DNA from: a virus
Lineage: Duplodnaviria; Caudoviricetes
Length of the DNA stretch: 37,418 nt
Virus record (IMG/VR): IMGVR_UViG_3300025114_000011
Span: 1-37,418 of that record
Strand: one strand, 5' to 3'
The notes under the pieces are model-generated. The model saw only the letters and a list, made by a program, of their open reading frames with translations. It was not told the DNA's origin and searched no databases. The position numbers and the translations under genes are program-made. Shown in pieces: positions 20,491 to 29,664 of this stretch (positions are counted from its first letter, which is position 1; each line of letters opens with the position of its first letter).

Positions 20491-20703
20491 ATGAAAAAGT
20501 TTCTGTCACGTAAGTTGTTACTGACTACGGCAGCAATCCTGCTTGTAGCAACTGTTAACTTACTTGGTGCCCCTCTTGATGAGGCAGCACTTAACTCGAT
20601 CACCACAATGGTCTTAGGTCTTGTCGGAGCTCAAGGTCTGGTTGACTTCGGTGAAGCATGGAAAGCTGGCACTGCGCTAGCGGAGGCTGTAGACGATGAG
20701 TAG
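20491..20703 (+). CDS. Putative holin
   Basis: 70 aa; KKFLSRK followed by two hydrophobic helices; RBS AAGGAG. Confidence 0.55.
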   Translation: MKKFLSRKLLLTTAAILLVATVNLLGAPLDEAALNSITTMVLGLVGAQGLVDFGEAWKAGTALAEAVDDE

Positions 20704-21073
20704 CCTACCAGAAGACATCAAGAAAGAGATAGAAGCGGTAGCGGTGGACGCTGTCGAGGAGTTCGTGGAGAAGGAAGGCATCGAGCCTGACCGAGGCCTC
20801 GAGCTACTAGCTGACAGCATTGATGCGCTATTGCCTCTAGGGGCCCTCGTAGGGGGCCCGCTAGGCGCGAGCCTAGAGCGAGGCGACGGGCCTGCCATAG
20901 AGGCTATTCTGCGCGCTCTGATGCCTCTTCTTAAGCCTAGCCCTGACAAGATACTAGCCCGGGCTGAGAAGGCAGCGGAGAATGGGAACGACAAACGAGC
21001 GGCAAGACTACGCAAGAGAGCGAAGAGGGTGCGTAAGCGCCAGGAGAAACAGGATGCCGTTTCAGAGCGATAA
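20696..21073 (+). CDS. Hypothetical protein (acidic N-terminus, basic C-terminus)
   Basis: Overlap-coupled ORF in late operon. Confidence 0.6.
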   Translation: MSSLPEDIKKEIEAVAVDAVEEFVEKEGIEPDRGLELLADSIDALLPLGALVGGPLGASLERGDGPAIEAILRALMPLLKPSPDKILARAEKAAENGNDKRAARLRKRAKRVRKRQEKQDAVSER

Positions 21074-21212
21074 GCAGAGACGGTGGATGTACGCCAACAA
21101 GCCTGCCATGGCAAAGCGGTGGCAGGAGGAAGGTAAAGCGGCAAAGAAGAAGGCAACTCTCAAGGTCTTAAAGGAAGATAACGATGGCACAGATAGACAC
21201 AAAAGATCCTAA
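21054..21212 (+). CDS. Small basic phage protein (MPFxSxKQRRW type)
   Basis: ATG at 21054 with AGGAG RBS; MPFQSDKQRRWMYANKPAMAKRW resembles a recurrent small podovirus protein. Confidence 0.6.
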   Translation: MPFQSDKQRRWMYANKPAMAKRWQEEGKAAKKKATLKVLKEDNDGTDRHKRS

Positions 21213-21435
21213 GGCGCTCGGCGCAGGCCTCCTCCTCTGTGCAGGCCTCGTAGGGAGCGGCTCTATGCTCGGGGTAACCATCGAGCCTGAGTCTGTCACC
21301 GAGCTGAGAGTTGACCACGCCAAGCTCCAGGAGAAGACGCTCTTCTTAGAGGAGGAACTGAAGACATGTCGCGCCGACCTGTCTGCACGCGACGCAAAGA
21401 ATGGGGCTCGTCAGTCCCAGAAGGGAGGTAAGTAA
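21184..21435 (+). CDS. Membrane-anchored coiled-coil protein (possible spanin-like)
   Basis: N-terminal hydrophobic helix followed by a heptad region; in lysis cluster. Confidence 0.45.
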   Translation: MAQIDTKDPKALGAGLLLCAGLVGSGSMLGVTIEPESVTELRVDHAKLQEKTLFLEEELKTCRADLSARDAKNGARQSQKGGK

Positions 21436-23303
21436 TGGCTTACGGACAGTCAGACCCCACCGCCTACCGCCAGTGGGAGATGCCGCAGGAGGTCCCCGAG
21501 CGCGAGGACATCGACTTCAGCAGCATGGATATGGTCTCCCTGGCTAACGGCCTGGACGAGAAGACCATCGTCAGCCTCAAGGAGTCAGAGGCGCAGGACC
21601 TGGCGCGACGCATGGCGCGGGTGCCCGAAGCGGAGGAGATTCTAAAGAGGAGAGGGGTGCATAAGCCACTCACTTACATGGGCTCAGGGATGCCTTCCTT
21701 GGTGGAGCGCGCTCAAAAGCAGTGGGGAGACCGGGGGATGAGCTTCGCCCAAGAGATGGTCCTTGGCCTTTCCAACCCAGCCGTTGAGTTTTTATTGGAC
21801 GTAGGGTTCACCATCGATGCTATTAAGGCTGCAGCTAAGGGTGAGGGACACCCTGGTGTAGCCATGATGGGGATGGGCATGGTCCTGCTTCCCTTCACCG
21901 GCCCTGTCCGTACCTTCTATAAAAATCAGGTGGCCGAAGCAGTCCTGCGTGCCGGGGCGGATGCAGACTTCGACCTGATCGCAAGGGACGCTTTAGATAG
22001 AACGCTGCGGGAGCACCCCGAGGCTATCCCTGTGTATCGGGAGCAGCTTGAGGAGACGCTTTCCGACCCAGCGCTGAACGCGGCGCAGCGAGAAGCGCTA
22101 GAGGAAAGCAGCCAGGTCGTGACGGATGTGGAGAAGACGGCGCTTGCAAGGCCTGAGGTGGCGGACTTCACCCCCACACCCTACGGAAGGCAGGCCGGGT
22201 CAAGCGTTTTAAAAAAGGTAGAGGGGCCCGACGCTATTAAAGCCAACAGAAATGCCGCCGCCGAGAACGCGCTGCTTAAGCATGACTGGACGTATGACCC
22301 AGATATCCCTATGGGGGCCAGCGCTGTCCACAAGTCAGGGACCGAAGTTGTCCCGCGCACCGACGTCGTCGCCCACCAACGGGGAAAAGGAAAAACAACT
22401 GAGGAACTCGAGGCGATAGACACTGCTGAATACGGTGGAAGTACGAGAGATACTCTTCGTCAAGTTAAGGAGCAACAGAAAGAACGGGCGGAGGAGTTGA
22501 ACAAGGGCGGAGTGATTCCCCGGGGTTACCCGGTCGTGCCGGAGCCGGAGGACCGCCTCAAGGAACTCTTTGATTTTAAAGGAACCCCCGTCGAGGAACT
22601 GGCCCACGCTAAGGCGTGGCTGAAGCGCGAGCGAGCGCTCCCCGAAGGGCAGATGGGCCAGGTTAAAGGGATGGCGGTGGATAAGATCTCCGCCCTGGAA
22701 GAAGAGATAGCGAAGGGGGCTCCTCCGCCTCCGCGCGCCACCACTGCGCCTTCCTTCGAGGAGAGCTGGGCCGACATCACCGAGTACTCTCGCTCACCGG
22801 AGGGGATTGCTGCAGCCCAGAAGGCTCAGGATGCCAAAGACAAGATGGCCTCTTGGCAAGCCCTCTCCCCCGAAGAGTTGGAGATGGGCGCCCGGCCTAA
22901 GGCCAAGGCCGAACCGAAGCCTGAGGTGAAGGCCGAGAAGCCTGCAGCGCCGCCAAAGCCTGAGAAGTCAATCTCCAAATGGAGGGAAGAGTTCGAAGCC
23001 CTTTCACCCCGCGAGCAGGAAACGTGGCTCAAGGAATACCATGCTAAGTTTCCTGACCGCGCACCCAAGAAGCCAAAGAAGAAGGGTTGGTTCGCGCGGC
23101 GCAAGGAGAAGGCGAACAAGCAGGCGGTGCTCGATGAAGCCAAGGTGGAGGACTGGACGCCCAAGAAAGAGGCCGACTACCAAAAGAAAAAGGAGGCCTT
23201 GAACGAGCCAGGGAAACCTAAGAAGAAGAAGGAGGAGCCCTTCCAGTGGAACGAAGACGGCACGCTCAACAAGTACCCCGGCGACGAAGTTGATTGGCGC
23301 TGA
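21435..23303 (+). CDS. Hypothetical 622-aa protein with central hydrophobic hairpin and Lys/Glu-rich C-terminus
   Basis: TAATG coupling; RBS GGAGGT; long ORF; ends in the 46-bp repeat. Confidence 0.7.
   Translation: MAYGQSDPTAYRQWEMPQEVPEREDIDFSSMDMVSLANGLDEKTIVSLKESEAQDLARRMARVPEAEEILKRRGVHKPLTYMGSGMPSLVERAQKQWGDRGMSFAQEMVLGLSNPAVEFLLDVGFTIDAIKAAAKGEGHPGVAMMGMGMVLLPFTGPVRTFYKNQVAEAVLRAGADADFDLIARDALDRTLREHPEAIPVYREQLEETLSDPALNAAQREALEESSQVVTDVEKTALARPEVADFTPTPYGRQAGSSVLKKVEGPDAIKANRNAAAENALLKHDWTYDPDIPMGASAVHKSGTEVVPRTDVVAHQRGKGKTTEELEAIDTAEYGGSTRDTLRQVKEQQKERAEELNKGGVIPRGYPVVPEPEDRLKELFDFKGTPVEELAHAKAWLKRERALPEGQMGQVKGMAVDKISALEEEIAKGAPPPPRATTAPSFEESWADITEYSRSPEGIAAAQKAQDAKDKMASWQALSPEELEMGARPKAKAEPKPEVKAEKPAAPPKPEKSISKWREEFEALSPREQETWLKEYHAKFPDRAPKKPKKKGWFARRKEKANKQAVLDEAKVEDWTPKKEADYQKKKEALNEPGKPKKKKEEPFQWNEDGTLNKYPGDEVDWR
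23235..23280 (+). repeat. 46-bp inverted repeat, copy 1
   Basis: GAGCCCTTCCAGTGGAACGAAGACGGCACGCTCAACAAGTACCCCG is the exact reverse complement of 34631-34676. Confidence 0.95.
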
Positions 23304-23305
23304 CG

Positions 23306-23782
23306 ATGACGTCCCGCTCTAAGAAGAAGAAGCTCACCCCTAACTTCAGCACCGACGAGTTCGAGGTAACGAGCGTAGAGGCAACTAACATTTTGCCTGC
23401 CCACTACGTCCCGCGTGTGCTGGCTCTCTGCTCTGCTATCCTTCAGCCTATCCGCGACCGCTTCGGACCTGTTGAGATAACGTCTGGGTTCAGGGATAAA
23501 TACGTTAACCGAACCGTTGGTGGCTCAAAGTCTAGTCAACATGTCACTGCCGAGGCTTGTGATTTTTATTGCCCGGATGTGGATACAGCAGAAGTGTGGG
23601 ATTACATAGTTAGAATGGTTGGTATGGACTGGCCAGTTGACCAGGCCATCTGGTATAAAGAGACCACAGGCCACATCCATATCAGCCATACCACTCGCAA
23701 AAAGAACCGACGTCAGTTATTATTAAAGAAGAAAGACGGGTCCTATGTAGCGTGGGAGAGGTACGACGATGGCAACCAATGA
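23306..23782 (+). CDS. Endolysin, peptidase M15 (D-Ala-D-Ala carboxypeptidase-like Zn peptidase)
   Basis: LTPNFSTDEF, ITSGFR, VGGSKSSQH...ACDF and HIHIS motifs; ATG at 23306 after upstream stop. Confidence 0.85.
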   Translation: MTSRSKKKKLTPNFSTDEFEVTSVEATNILPAHYVPRVLALCSAILQPIRDRFGPVEITSGFRDKYVNRTVGGSKSSQHVTAEACDFYCPDVDTAEVWDYIVRMVGMDWPVDQAIWYKETTGHIHISHTTRKKNRRQLLLKKKDGSYVAWERYDDGNQ

Positions 23783-23996
23783 CTTCCTGCTCGAGGAGTT
23801 GCGCTATCTAAGAGAGCGCAGCGACAAGCAAGTCGAGTCTATCATCGAACTACGCACCAACGTGGCCGACATCGAGAAGACATGCGTAAACATCCAAGCC
23901 CAGATCACCAAGATGTTCTTCTTGGTAGGCGGCGCTGCGCTTGCAGGCGGAGCCGGAGCTCCTATCTTCCAGGCTCTCCTGAAATCGGCAGGGTAG
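23769..23996 (+). CDS. Small coiled-coil protein with C-terminal TM segment (holin-like accessory lysis protein)
   Basis: Heptad region followed by a hydrophobic helix; overlaps endolysin end. Confidence 0.5.
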   Translation: MATNDFLLEELRYLRERSDKQVESIIELRTNVADIEKTCVNIQAQITKMFFLVGGAALAGGAGAPIFQALLKSAG

Positions 23997-24025
23997 GACG
24001 CAGCCGCCCCAGAACGACTGCGTCC
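23996..24025. terminator. Hairpin between convergent transcription units
   Basis: GGACGCAGCCG / CGACTGCGTCC 11-bp stem with one imperfect pair; no U-run. Confidence 0.45.
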
Positions 24026-24034
24026 AGACACCGC

Positions 24035-24514
24035 TTACGCAGTGTCCCCCGCTGTGTTCTTCATCGCGTCTCGCTCCAAAGTTCGTGCAGTCTCAAGCAC
24101 TCCGCCTGTTGTGGCCGACACCACAATGGACTGGTGGTCCCCGAGTAGGGAGGTAGTCGCGCGCCATCTGCCCTTGTAGCGCTCGACAATCCATCCCCGA
24201 CCCAGGTCGCACTCTAGCATCTCTTGCTCAACCTCCAGCAGCGAAGGCTCTGGGTCATCGTAGTCTTGGCAAGGCGCTTCCTCTCCCGGGATTAACCTGG
24301 TGTTCTTGGCCAAGAAGATGGTAGGCTGCGGAATAGAAGGCCACACTCGACCGAGCAGCTTGTCTACCGGCTCCTCTACATGCATGCGGGAGCCGTCTAA
24401 GAACGTGACACTGCTGGTGTTAGTCGTATTGGTGTGACCAGTAATGTACGAGACGTTCTCTCGCGGCACCACGATGACACCATCGAATGTCTTCAGTACG
24501 ATGAGCGCGCCCAT
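24035..24514 (-). CDS. Hypothetical protein with FlbD-like N-terminal domain
   Basis: Start at 24514 (TAATG overlap); LIVLKTFDG...NVSYI...VTFLDG...VEEPVDKL pattern. Confidence 0.5.
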   Translation of the reverse strand: MGALIVLKTFDGVIVVPRENVSYITGHTNTTNTSSVTFLDGSRMHVEEPVDKLLGRVWPSIPQPTIFLAKNTRLIPGEEAPCQDYDDPEPSLLEVEQEMLECDLGRGWIVERYKGRWRATTSLLGDHQSIVVSATTGGVLETARTLERDAMKNTAGDTA

Positions 24515-25143
24515 TAGAACGGCACCGAGTCGAAGGCCTCTTCGGCCGCGTCCAGTACTTTCTCTACACTCACAGGCATCGCGCTTACGTCGCCATGCTT
24601 CCAGTGAACACCATCGCAACCGTCAGTTGTCTTGGTTTCCTTATTCCATTTGCCTGCCTTGCACTTCCAGTCAGGACCAGTCGGCCTGTCCCGGTTATCC
24701 CACATAGGTCCGCCGCACTGCGGACACAGGGGGGCAGCCCCGTTAGTAGGCGCGGCCTGGGCTACAGGAGTCGAGGCTGTCTGCTGGGCTATAGCTATCT
24801 GCACTTCGTCTGCCGAGGCGTACTGGCTACTGCCTGCGAAGCCTACCGCAGTGGCAGCAAAGAGCGCGCGGCCGATACAGCTCGTCTCGCAGTTCTCAAG
24901 AGCCGAGGTACGGTTGACTTGAGAAGAGGCTCGGTTCTCTTCGGCAAAGCCTGTCGCTACCACCGTGCCGTTCGGCGCAATGATAGAGGCCTTCATGACT
25001 ACCGTCTCTTTGTCGAGTGCTATGATATCCGTCGTGATAGCCCAGCCTTCTTCGGCTGGGTGGTCTTGACGAAAGTCGTAGACGCGACGGGCTACGGTAA
25101 CGTAGTTGTTCCCATGTATACTAATGATTCCTTCGGTATTCAT
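24514..25143 (-). CDS. Putative single-strand annealing (Rad52/Sak-like) protein with C-terminal Zn finger
   Basis: YVTVARRV...TSALENCETSCIGRAL...YASADEV motif; adjacent to YqaJ exonuclease; CPQCGGPMWDNR Zn module. Confidence 0.6.
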   Translation of the reverse strand: MNTEGIISIHGNNYVTVARRVYDFRQDHPAEEGWAITTDIIALDKETVVMKASIIAPNGTVVATGFAEENRASSQVNRTSALENCETSCIGRALFAATAVGFAGSSQYASADEVQIAIAQQTASTPVAQAAPTNGAAPLCPQCGGPMWDNRDRPTGPDWKCKAGKWNKETKTTDGCDGVHWKHGDVSAMPVSVEKVLDAAEEAFDSVPF

Positions 25144-25151
25144 AATGACTC

Positions 25152-26135
25152 CTATTCAATCAGTTTTTTGAAGGTTGTTCTAAAGACACGGATAGGTTTC
25201 TCCGAACGCTCGGTATACTCGGCGACGAGTTCGGGACGTTCAGCTTTGAGACGCGAGGTGTTGAGCCGAGCTGCCGACCTCTGCCATCCCCACGACACCT
25301 TGAAGGTGGGGTTGAAGATGCCCTTGGCTGGGCCAATGCTTTCCTTGAGCTGGTTCTCAATGAGTCTCTTCTGCTGGTCTAGTGACTTCATCTGATCCTT
25401 AACGTCAGCTAGAGTTCGCGCAAGGGTGGCCTCAGTATCTGTTGCCGCGCGCTTAGGCACGCCCTGGTCTGACTCGTAGGTGGACTCCAGTAGCATGGCT
25501 GCCCCTTTGCTTCCGTCTATCTGAGGACGCTTGCCGCTGATGATGTGACGCTCCCACCATTCATCGATGACCTTCACCATACGCTCTTCCACTTCTAGAT
25601 CACGGTTGACATAGAAGAGACAGAACTCATCCTGCAAAGGAAAGTAGGTGGGCAAGACAGCGCGTCCGCAAGAGCCGTCGACTCCAATCTTATTAAGGTA
25701 CTGCTCCAAGATGGGCATGTACCAGCGCATCTGTATCTCCACTTCAATAGGGACGCGGCTACTGCCGGAGGCTCCCCATTGCTCTCGGTCCCGTGAGGTC
25801 TTGGCATCCACTACGACGTAGTCAATGTCTGCAGTGCGGGCGTAGCCGTCGAGACTAGCGCCGTGCCAAGCAGTGACGCCTTCGATGATGGACTGCTCGG
25901 GGTGAAGGACTTCGTGCCCACTCTTCTGGGCGTACCAGTTCATCAGCGCAGGTTCCAAGATATGACCCCGAGCCTGAACGTCGGTCTGCTTCTTCTTCTT
26001 GGCTTGGTTATTTTTCTCTAAGTACACATCGATAGGACCACCGTAACGGCTGGCCCCCATGATGCGCGACACGTCGGTGCCACAGACAAAGCGTCTTCTT
26101 TTTTCAAGCCACGCGGCTCGCTCATCAGCAGGCAT
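25152..26135 (-). CDS. YqaJ-like viral recombinase exonuclease
   Basis: WLEKRR...GTDVSRIMG, RGHILEP, ASLDG, DAKT and QMRWYM motifs. Confidence 0.85.
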   Translation of the reverse strand: MPADERAAWLEKRRRFVCGTDVSRIMGASRYGGPIDVYLEKNNQAKKKKQTDVQARGHILEPALMNWYAQKSGHEVLHPEQSIIEGVTAWHGASLDGYARTADIDYVVVDAKTSRDREQWGASGSSRVPIEVEIQMRWYMPILEQYLNKIGVDGSCGRAVLPTYFPLQDEFCLFYVNRDLEVEERMVKVIDEWWERHIISGKRPQIDGSKGAAMLLESTYESDQGVPKRAATDTEATLARTLADVKDQMKSLDQQKRLIENQLKESIGPAKGIFNPTFKVSWGWQRSAARLNTSRLKAERPELVAEYTERSEKPIRVFRTTFKKLIE

Positions 26136-26183
26136 GAAGCCTCCTTATAGTTCTTGGTTGGTTAGTAGTTCTCTCACATAAAG

Positions 26184-26236
26184 AGAGTAGCACAAGTTGT
26201 TACTTGTTGCAAACTGTTACATGATTATGTTACACT
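26184..26236. promoter_or_regulatory. Divergent sigma70-like promoters sharing palindromic -35 TTGCAA
   Basis: TTGCAA at 26207-26212; leftward 17-bp spacer to TGnTACTCT; rightward 18-bp spacer to TGnTACACT; three TGTTAC boxes. Confidence 0.6.
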
Positions 26237-26252
26237 TTGTGAAGGAGGTACT

Positions 26253-26489
26253 ATGAATGAAATAGCTATTGCGTTGCTTGGGGCCCGGAAAGAACAAGGG
26301 ATGACCCAGGACGAAGTCATAGAGAAATGTAACGACACCCACCCTGACGTCGGAGGGATCGTGCGACCTGCGCTTTCCTTCTGGGAGAAGGGAACCAGGC
26401 AGCCTTCCATCGTCCAGTTCATGGCGCTGGTCACGGCTCTGGATATGCCTGACAACCGAGTTCTCGAGGTGCTACGTGGAACCCTTTAA
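26253..26489 (+). CDS. XRE-family HTH regulator (Cro-like)
   Basis: ARKEQGMTQDEV...ALSFWEKGTRQPS motif; RBS AAGGAGGT. Confidence 0.85.
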   Translation: MNEIAIALLGARKEQGMTQDEVIEKCNDTHPDVGGIVRPALSFWEKGTRQPSIVQFMALVTALDMPDNRVLEVLRGTL

Positions 26490-26898
26490 GTTGCGCTTCA
26501 TTATACCGGGACCGCCAGTAGGAAAGGGGCGCCCAAGGTTTGCTCGCGCTACAGGCAGAGCCTACACTCCAAAGGGAACGGCGGAGTGGGAGCGGGCTTG
26601 CGCCATGCTAGGACGTCATGCATGGGACGGCAGCGCCCCGTTCGACGGCATGTGCCGCCTTGAGGTGGTAGCTGTAATGCCTAGGCCAAAGAGGCTACTC
26701 CGGAAGAAGGATCCCCAGGAGAGATTTTTTTGTGGGTCAAAACCGGACGCAGACAATATACTTAAGATTGTCGCTGACAGTCTGCAACTCGCCGGTATCG
26801 TTCGTCGTGACGAAACCATCGTCCAGATGTATATCGAAAAACTCTACGCCAGCAAAAACGAAGGGCCTTGCGTGGAGGTTACCCTCTCTTCCCTCTAA
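26476..26898 (+). CDS. rusA: RusA-family Holliday junction resolvase
   Basis: PVGKGRPRF, YTPKGT and KPDADNILKIVADSL motifs. Confidence 0.88.
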   Translation: MEPFKLRFIIPGPPVGKGRPRFARATGRAYTPKGTAEWERACAMLGRHAWDGSAPFDGMCRLEVVAVMPRPKRLLRKKDPQERFFCGSKPDADNILKIVADSLQLAGIVRRDETIVQMYIEKLYASKNEGPCVEVTLSSL

Positions 26899-26919
26899 CC
26901 TACCAGGAGCTAACCACTC

Positions 26920-29019
26920 ATGAACCTAACCATCACCATCTATACCCGCCTCAATAACGCCCTGCCTGCAGGCACCCGCACCATGTCATGGGACGAGTTC
27001 TGCGAAGACTACCCAGCCATGGGGTGGGTGAGTAAAGCAAGAGCCAAGCGCCCGAACTTCAACTTCACCCGCAAGCAGGACCTACCTCTGTGGTCGCCCG
27101 TCAAGTTAAAGGATGGCACGACACGGGGAAACAAGAACGTCGAAGCAGTCTTCGCTCTGTGTCTGGACTTCGACGGCAACGCTCCCGTCGATGACGTAGA
27201 GGAGCTGTGGTCCGACAACCTTATGTGCGTCCACACGACATGGTCGCACACAGAACAGAAGCCTCACGCCCGGGTCATCGTCGCACTGAGCAGGCCTGTC
27301 TCCGTTGAGGAGCATGGCAAGCTCGTCCGCTGGGCTATGCGTCGCTGCGAGGAAGCAGGTCTTGAGCCTGACCCCAGTTGTAAGGACGCCTCTCGCTCTT
27401 GGTTCATGCCTGCTGCAGCCCCCGAGCACGCGGCTGCGTACCGACACGTCGTCAACTACCAAGGGGATGAGCAGCCCCTGGACGTAGACAGCGTCCTCAA
27501 GGGAGAGAAGAGCGACGCACCTGGAGAGCGACGGGAGGGGGACTGCGAGTTCATCGATTGCGATGACAACTTCGTAAGCATCTTCGAGTGGGGTGACACC
27601 GCCAAGCTAGGAGATAAGCTGAAGGGCTGCTGCCCCTACAAGGAAGGCTCGTCGCCAGGCTCTGCCTTCTTGCGTAAGGGTCGCTCCGGTGTGCTGTTAG
27701 TTTGCACGTCCAAGGGGCACGGCCACCCGCGCAACCCTATGAAGTGGTGGTTCAGGATGAGTGCGCCCGGAGCTCGGGTAAGCGACACCCCGGCGGGAGG
27801 ACCCGAGCAGGCGGTGCTCGACCTGTGCGAGCAGGTAAAGAACAGCGACGGGGTTCCAATAGGAATACCAAAGTCCACCTCGCGCAATCTTTACATCATC
27901 ATGAAGAACGACGAGCGATGGAAGGGGCGCATCTGGGAGGACGACTTCAAGGGCTGCCTGATGATCGACGAGCGAGAGTACGAGGACACCGACGACACCC
28001 GCTTCTCTCTATGGATTGACGAAGTCTACGCAGCTAGGTTCAGTCCTCAGAAGGTAGCGGACATCGCGCGGCTCATCGCCAGAGAGAACAAGAGGAACCC
28101 GCTGGACGACTACCTTAATGGGGTTGAGTGGGACGGGGAGGAGCGCATCGACCGCTGGCTAACCGATGGCCTGAAGGCCGGGGACACATCGCTGAACAGA
28201 GAGATAGGCAGGCGCTGGATGATTCAAGCAGTAGCCCGTGCGCTGCAGCCTGGATGCAAGGCGGACACCGTCCTCATCCTGATAGGCAGGCAGGGTGCCA
28301 AGAAGTCGACGGCTCTACGCACACTGGCGGGCGCCGAGTACTTCAGCGATACGCCCATGGACTTCGGGTCCGCTAACGCCTACACTCAGATCAGGCGCAC
28401 CTGGATATACGAGGTAGCAGAACTCGACTCCATTAAGAAGACAGCGCACAGCTCAGTCAAGGCCTTCCTCTCTGCCCAGCACGACACCTACCGCCCTGCC
28501 TACGGGCGCCATGCGGTGACCATCAAGCGGCGCGTTGTCTTTGCAGGCACCACCAACGAGACCAGCTTCCTGAGCGACGTCACAGGCAACCGCAGGTACT
28601 GGCCGTGCGAGGTAGGGGAGATTGACCTCACCTGGATAGCGGAGAACCGTGACCAGTTATGGGGGGAGGCTGTCGCTATGTACCGGTCAGGCGAGCGCTG
28701 GTGGTTGACTGGAAGCGCCGAGGAAACCCTCAACACTACCCACGAGAAGTACGAGAACGACGACCCGTGGGAACAACTCATCCTTCCGTGGCTGCACGAC
28801 CGCAGCCATCCCTTCACCATCCAGGACGCACTAAGTGAGGCCTTGCAGCTTCACCCATACCAGATGAACAAGCAGGCACAGATGAGGCTGGGCGACATGC
28901 TGCGCAGGCTAGGCTGCACGCGCCATAGACGTCGGGTTCTGGACAAGCGCCTGTACTTCTGGCATCTTCCCGAGGAACTTCCGGTGTCGTTCGACAAGCA
29001 CGCAGGCATCGCCGTCTAG
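26920..29019 (+). CDS. Primase-helicase, VapE/VirE family
   Basis: N-terminal LDFDG / HTTWSH primase-polymerase-like motifs; Walker A GRQGAKKST; IYEVAELD, YRPAYGR, FAGTTN and GNRRYW motifs. Confidence 0.88.
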   Translation: MNLTITIYTRLNNALPAGTRTMSWDEFCEDYPAMGWVSKARAKRPNFNFTRKQDLPLWSPVKLKDGTTRGNKNVEAVFALCLDFDGNAPVDDVEELWSDNLMCVHTTWSHTEQKPHARVIVALSRPVSVEEHGKLVRWAMRRCEEAGLEPDPSCKDASRSWFMPAAAPEHAAAYRHVVNYQGDEQPLDVDSVLKGEKSDAPGERREGDCEFIDCDDNFVSIFEWGDTAKLGDKLKGCCPYKEGSSPGSAFLRKGRSGVLLVCTSKGHGHPRNPMKWWFRMSAPGARVSDTPAGGPEQAVLDLCEQVKNSDGVPIGIPKSTSRNLYIIMKNDERWKGRIWEDDFKGCLMIDEREYEDTDDTRFSLWIDEVYAARFSPQKVADIARLIARENKRNPLDDYLNGVEWDGEERIDRWLTDGLKAGDTSLNREIGRRWMIQAVARALQPGCKADTVLILIGRQGAKKSTALRTLAGAEYFSDTPMDFGSANAYTQIRRTWIYEVAELDSIKKTAHSSVKAFLSAQHDTYRPAYGRHAVTIKRRVVFAGTTNETSFLSDVTGNRRYWPCEVGEIDLTWIAENRDQLWGEAVAMYRSGERWWLTGSAEETLNTTHEKYENDDPWEQLILPWLHDRSHPFTIQDALSEALQLHPYQMNKQAQMRLGDMLRRLGCTRHRRRVLDKRLYFWHLPEELPVSFDKHAGIAV

Positions 29020-29025
29020 GCAGTT

Positions 29026-29664
29026 ATGATTCTTTACGCTTCACAAACGCACGGCCGGCGCAACATCCAAGCGCTTGAGAAGCACGGGTTCAGAATCCTG
29101 GTAACCCCCGACACCTATCGAGAAGCCCCTCCTCTGTGGGTCGACGGGACCGCTGCCCCCTTCGCTATCGACAACGGAGCATGGGGTTGCGCCCAGCGCG
29201 GGGAGCCTTTCGACTGGGGTGCGTTTGAGTCGATGAGCTCCGCGCTCGGCGCCGACGCCGACTGGATCGTTGCGCCTGACATCGTGTGCGGCGGCTTGCG
29301 GTCGCTCGAGGCCTCTCTCCGCTGGCTCCCTACCTGGGACGCGTGCCCGGTTCTGATCGCTGTACAGGACGGGATGCTTCCGGTCCACTTGGAACCTCAC
29401 CTGGGCCCAGAGGTCGGGTTGGCAGTGGGTGGTTCGACTCCGTTCAAGGAGCGCACCCTCCCGCAGTGGGGGCGACTGGCCCAAGAGAAGGGGTGCCACC
29501 TTCACGTGCTACGCGTTAACACCAGGCGCCGGCTGGCTATCTGCCGGGCTGCCCAAGCTGACAGTGTCGACGGCACCAGTGCATCGATCTTTTCCAAGAC
29601 CGCGCCTCTGCTTGAGAGATGGACAAGGGCGCTACAGAAACAACAAACGCTAGGGATTTGGTAA
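29026..29664 (+). CDS. TGT-fold DpdA-like DNA guanine transglycosylase (7-deazaguanine insertion), putative
   Basis: FAIDNGAW, APDIV, AVQDG, AVGGS, HLHVL and DSVDGT motifs of short phage TGT-like proteins; coupled to queC-queD. Confidence 0.7.
   Translation: MILYASQTHGRRNIQALEKHGFRILVTPDTYREAPPLWVDGTAAPFAIDNGAWGCAQRGEPFDWGAFESMSSALGADADWIVAPDIVCGGLRSLEASLRWLPTWDACPVLIAVQDGMLPVHLEPHLGPEVGLAVGGSTPFKERTLPQWGRLAQEKGCHLHVLRVNTRRRLAICRAAQADSVDGTSASIFSKTAPLLERWTRALQKQQTLGIW

Noticed and set aside
26159-26168. TACTAAC (minus strand) as a spliceosomal branch point
   Set aside because: Context is clearly phage with SD sequences; the match is coincidental
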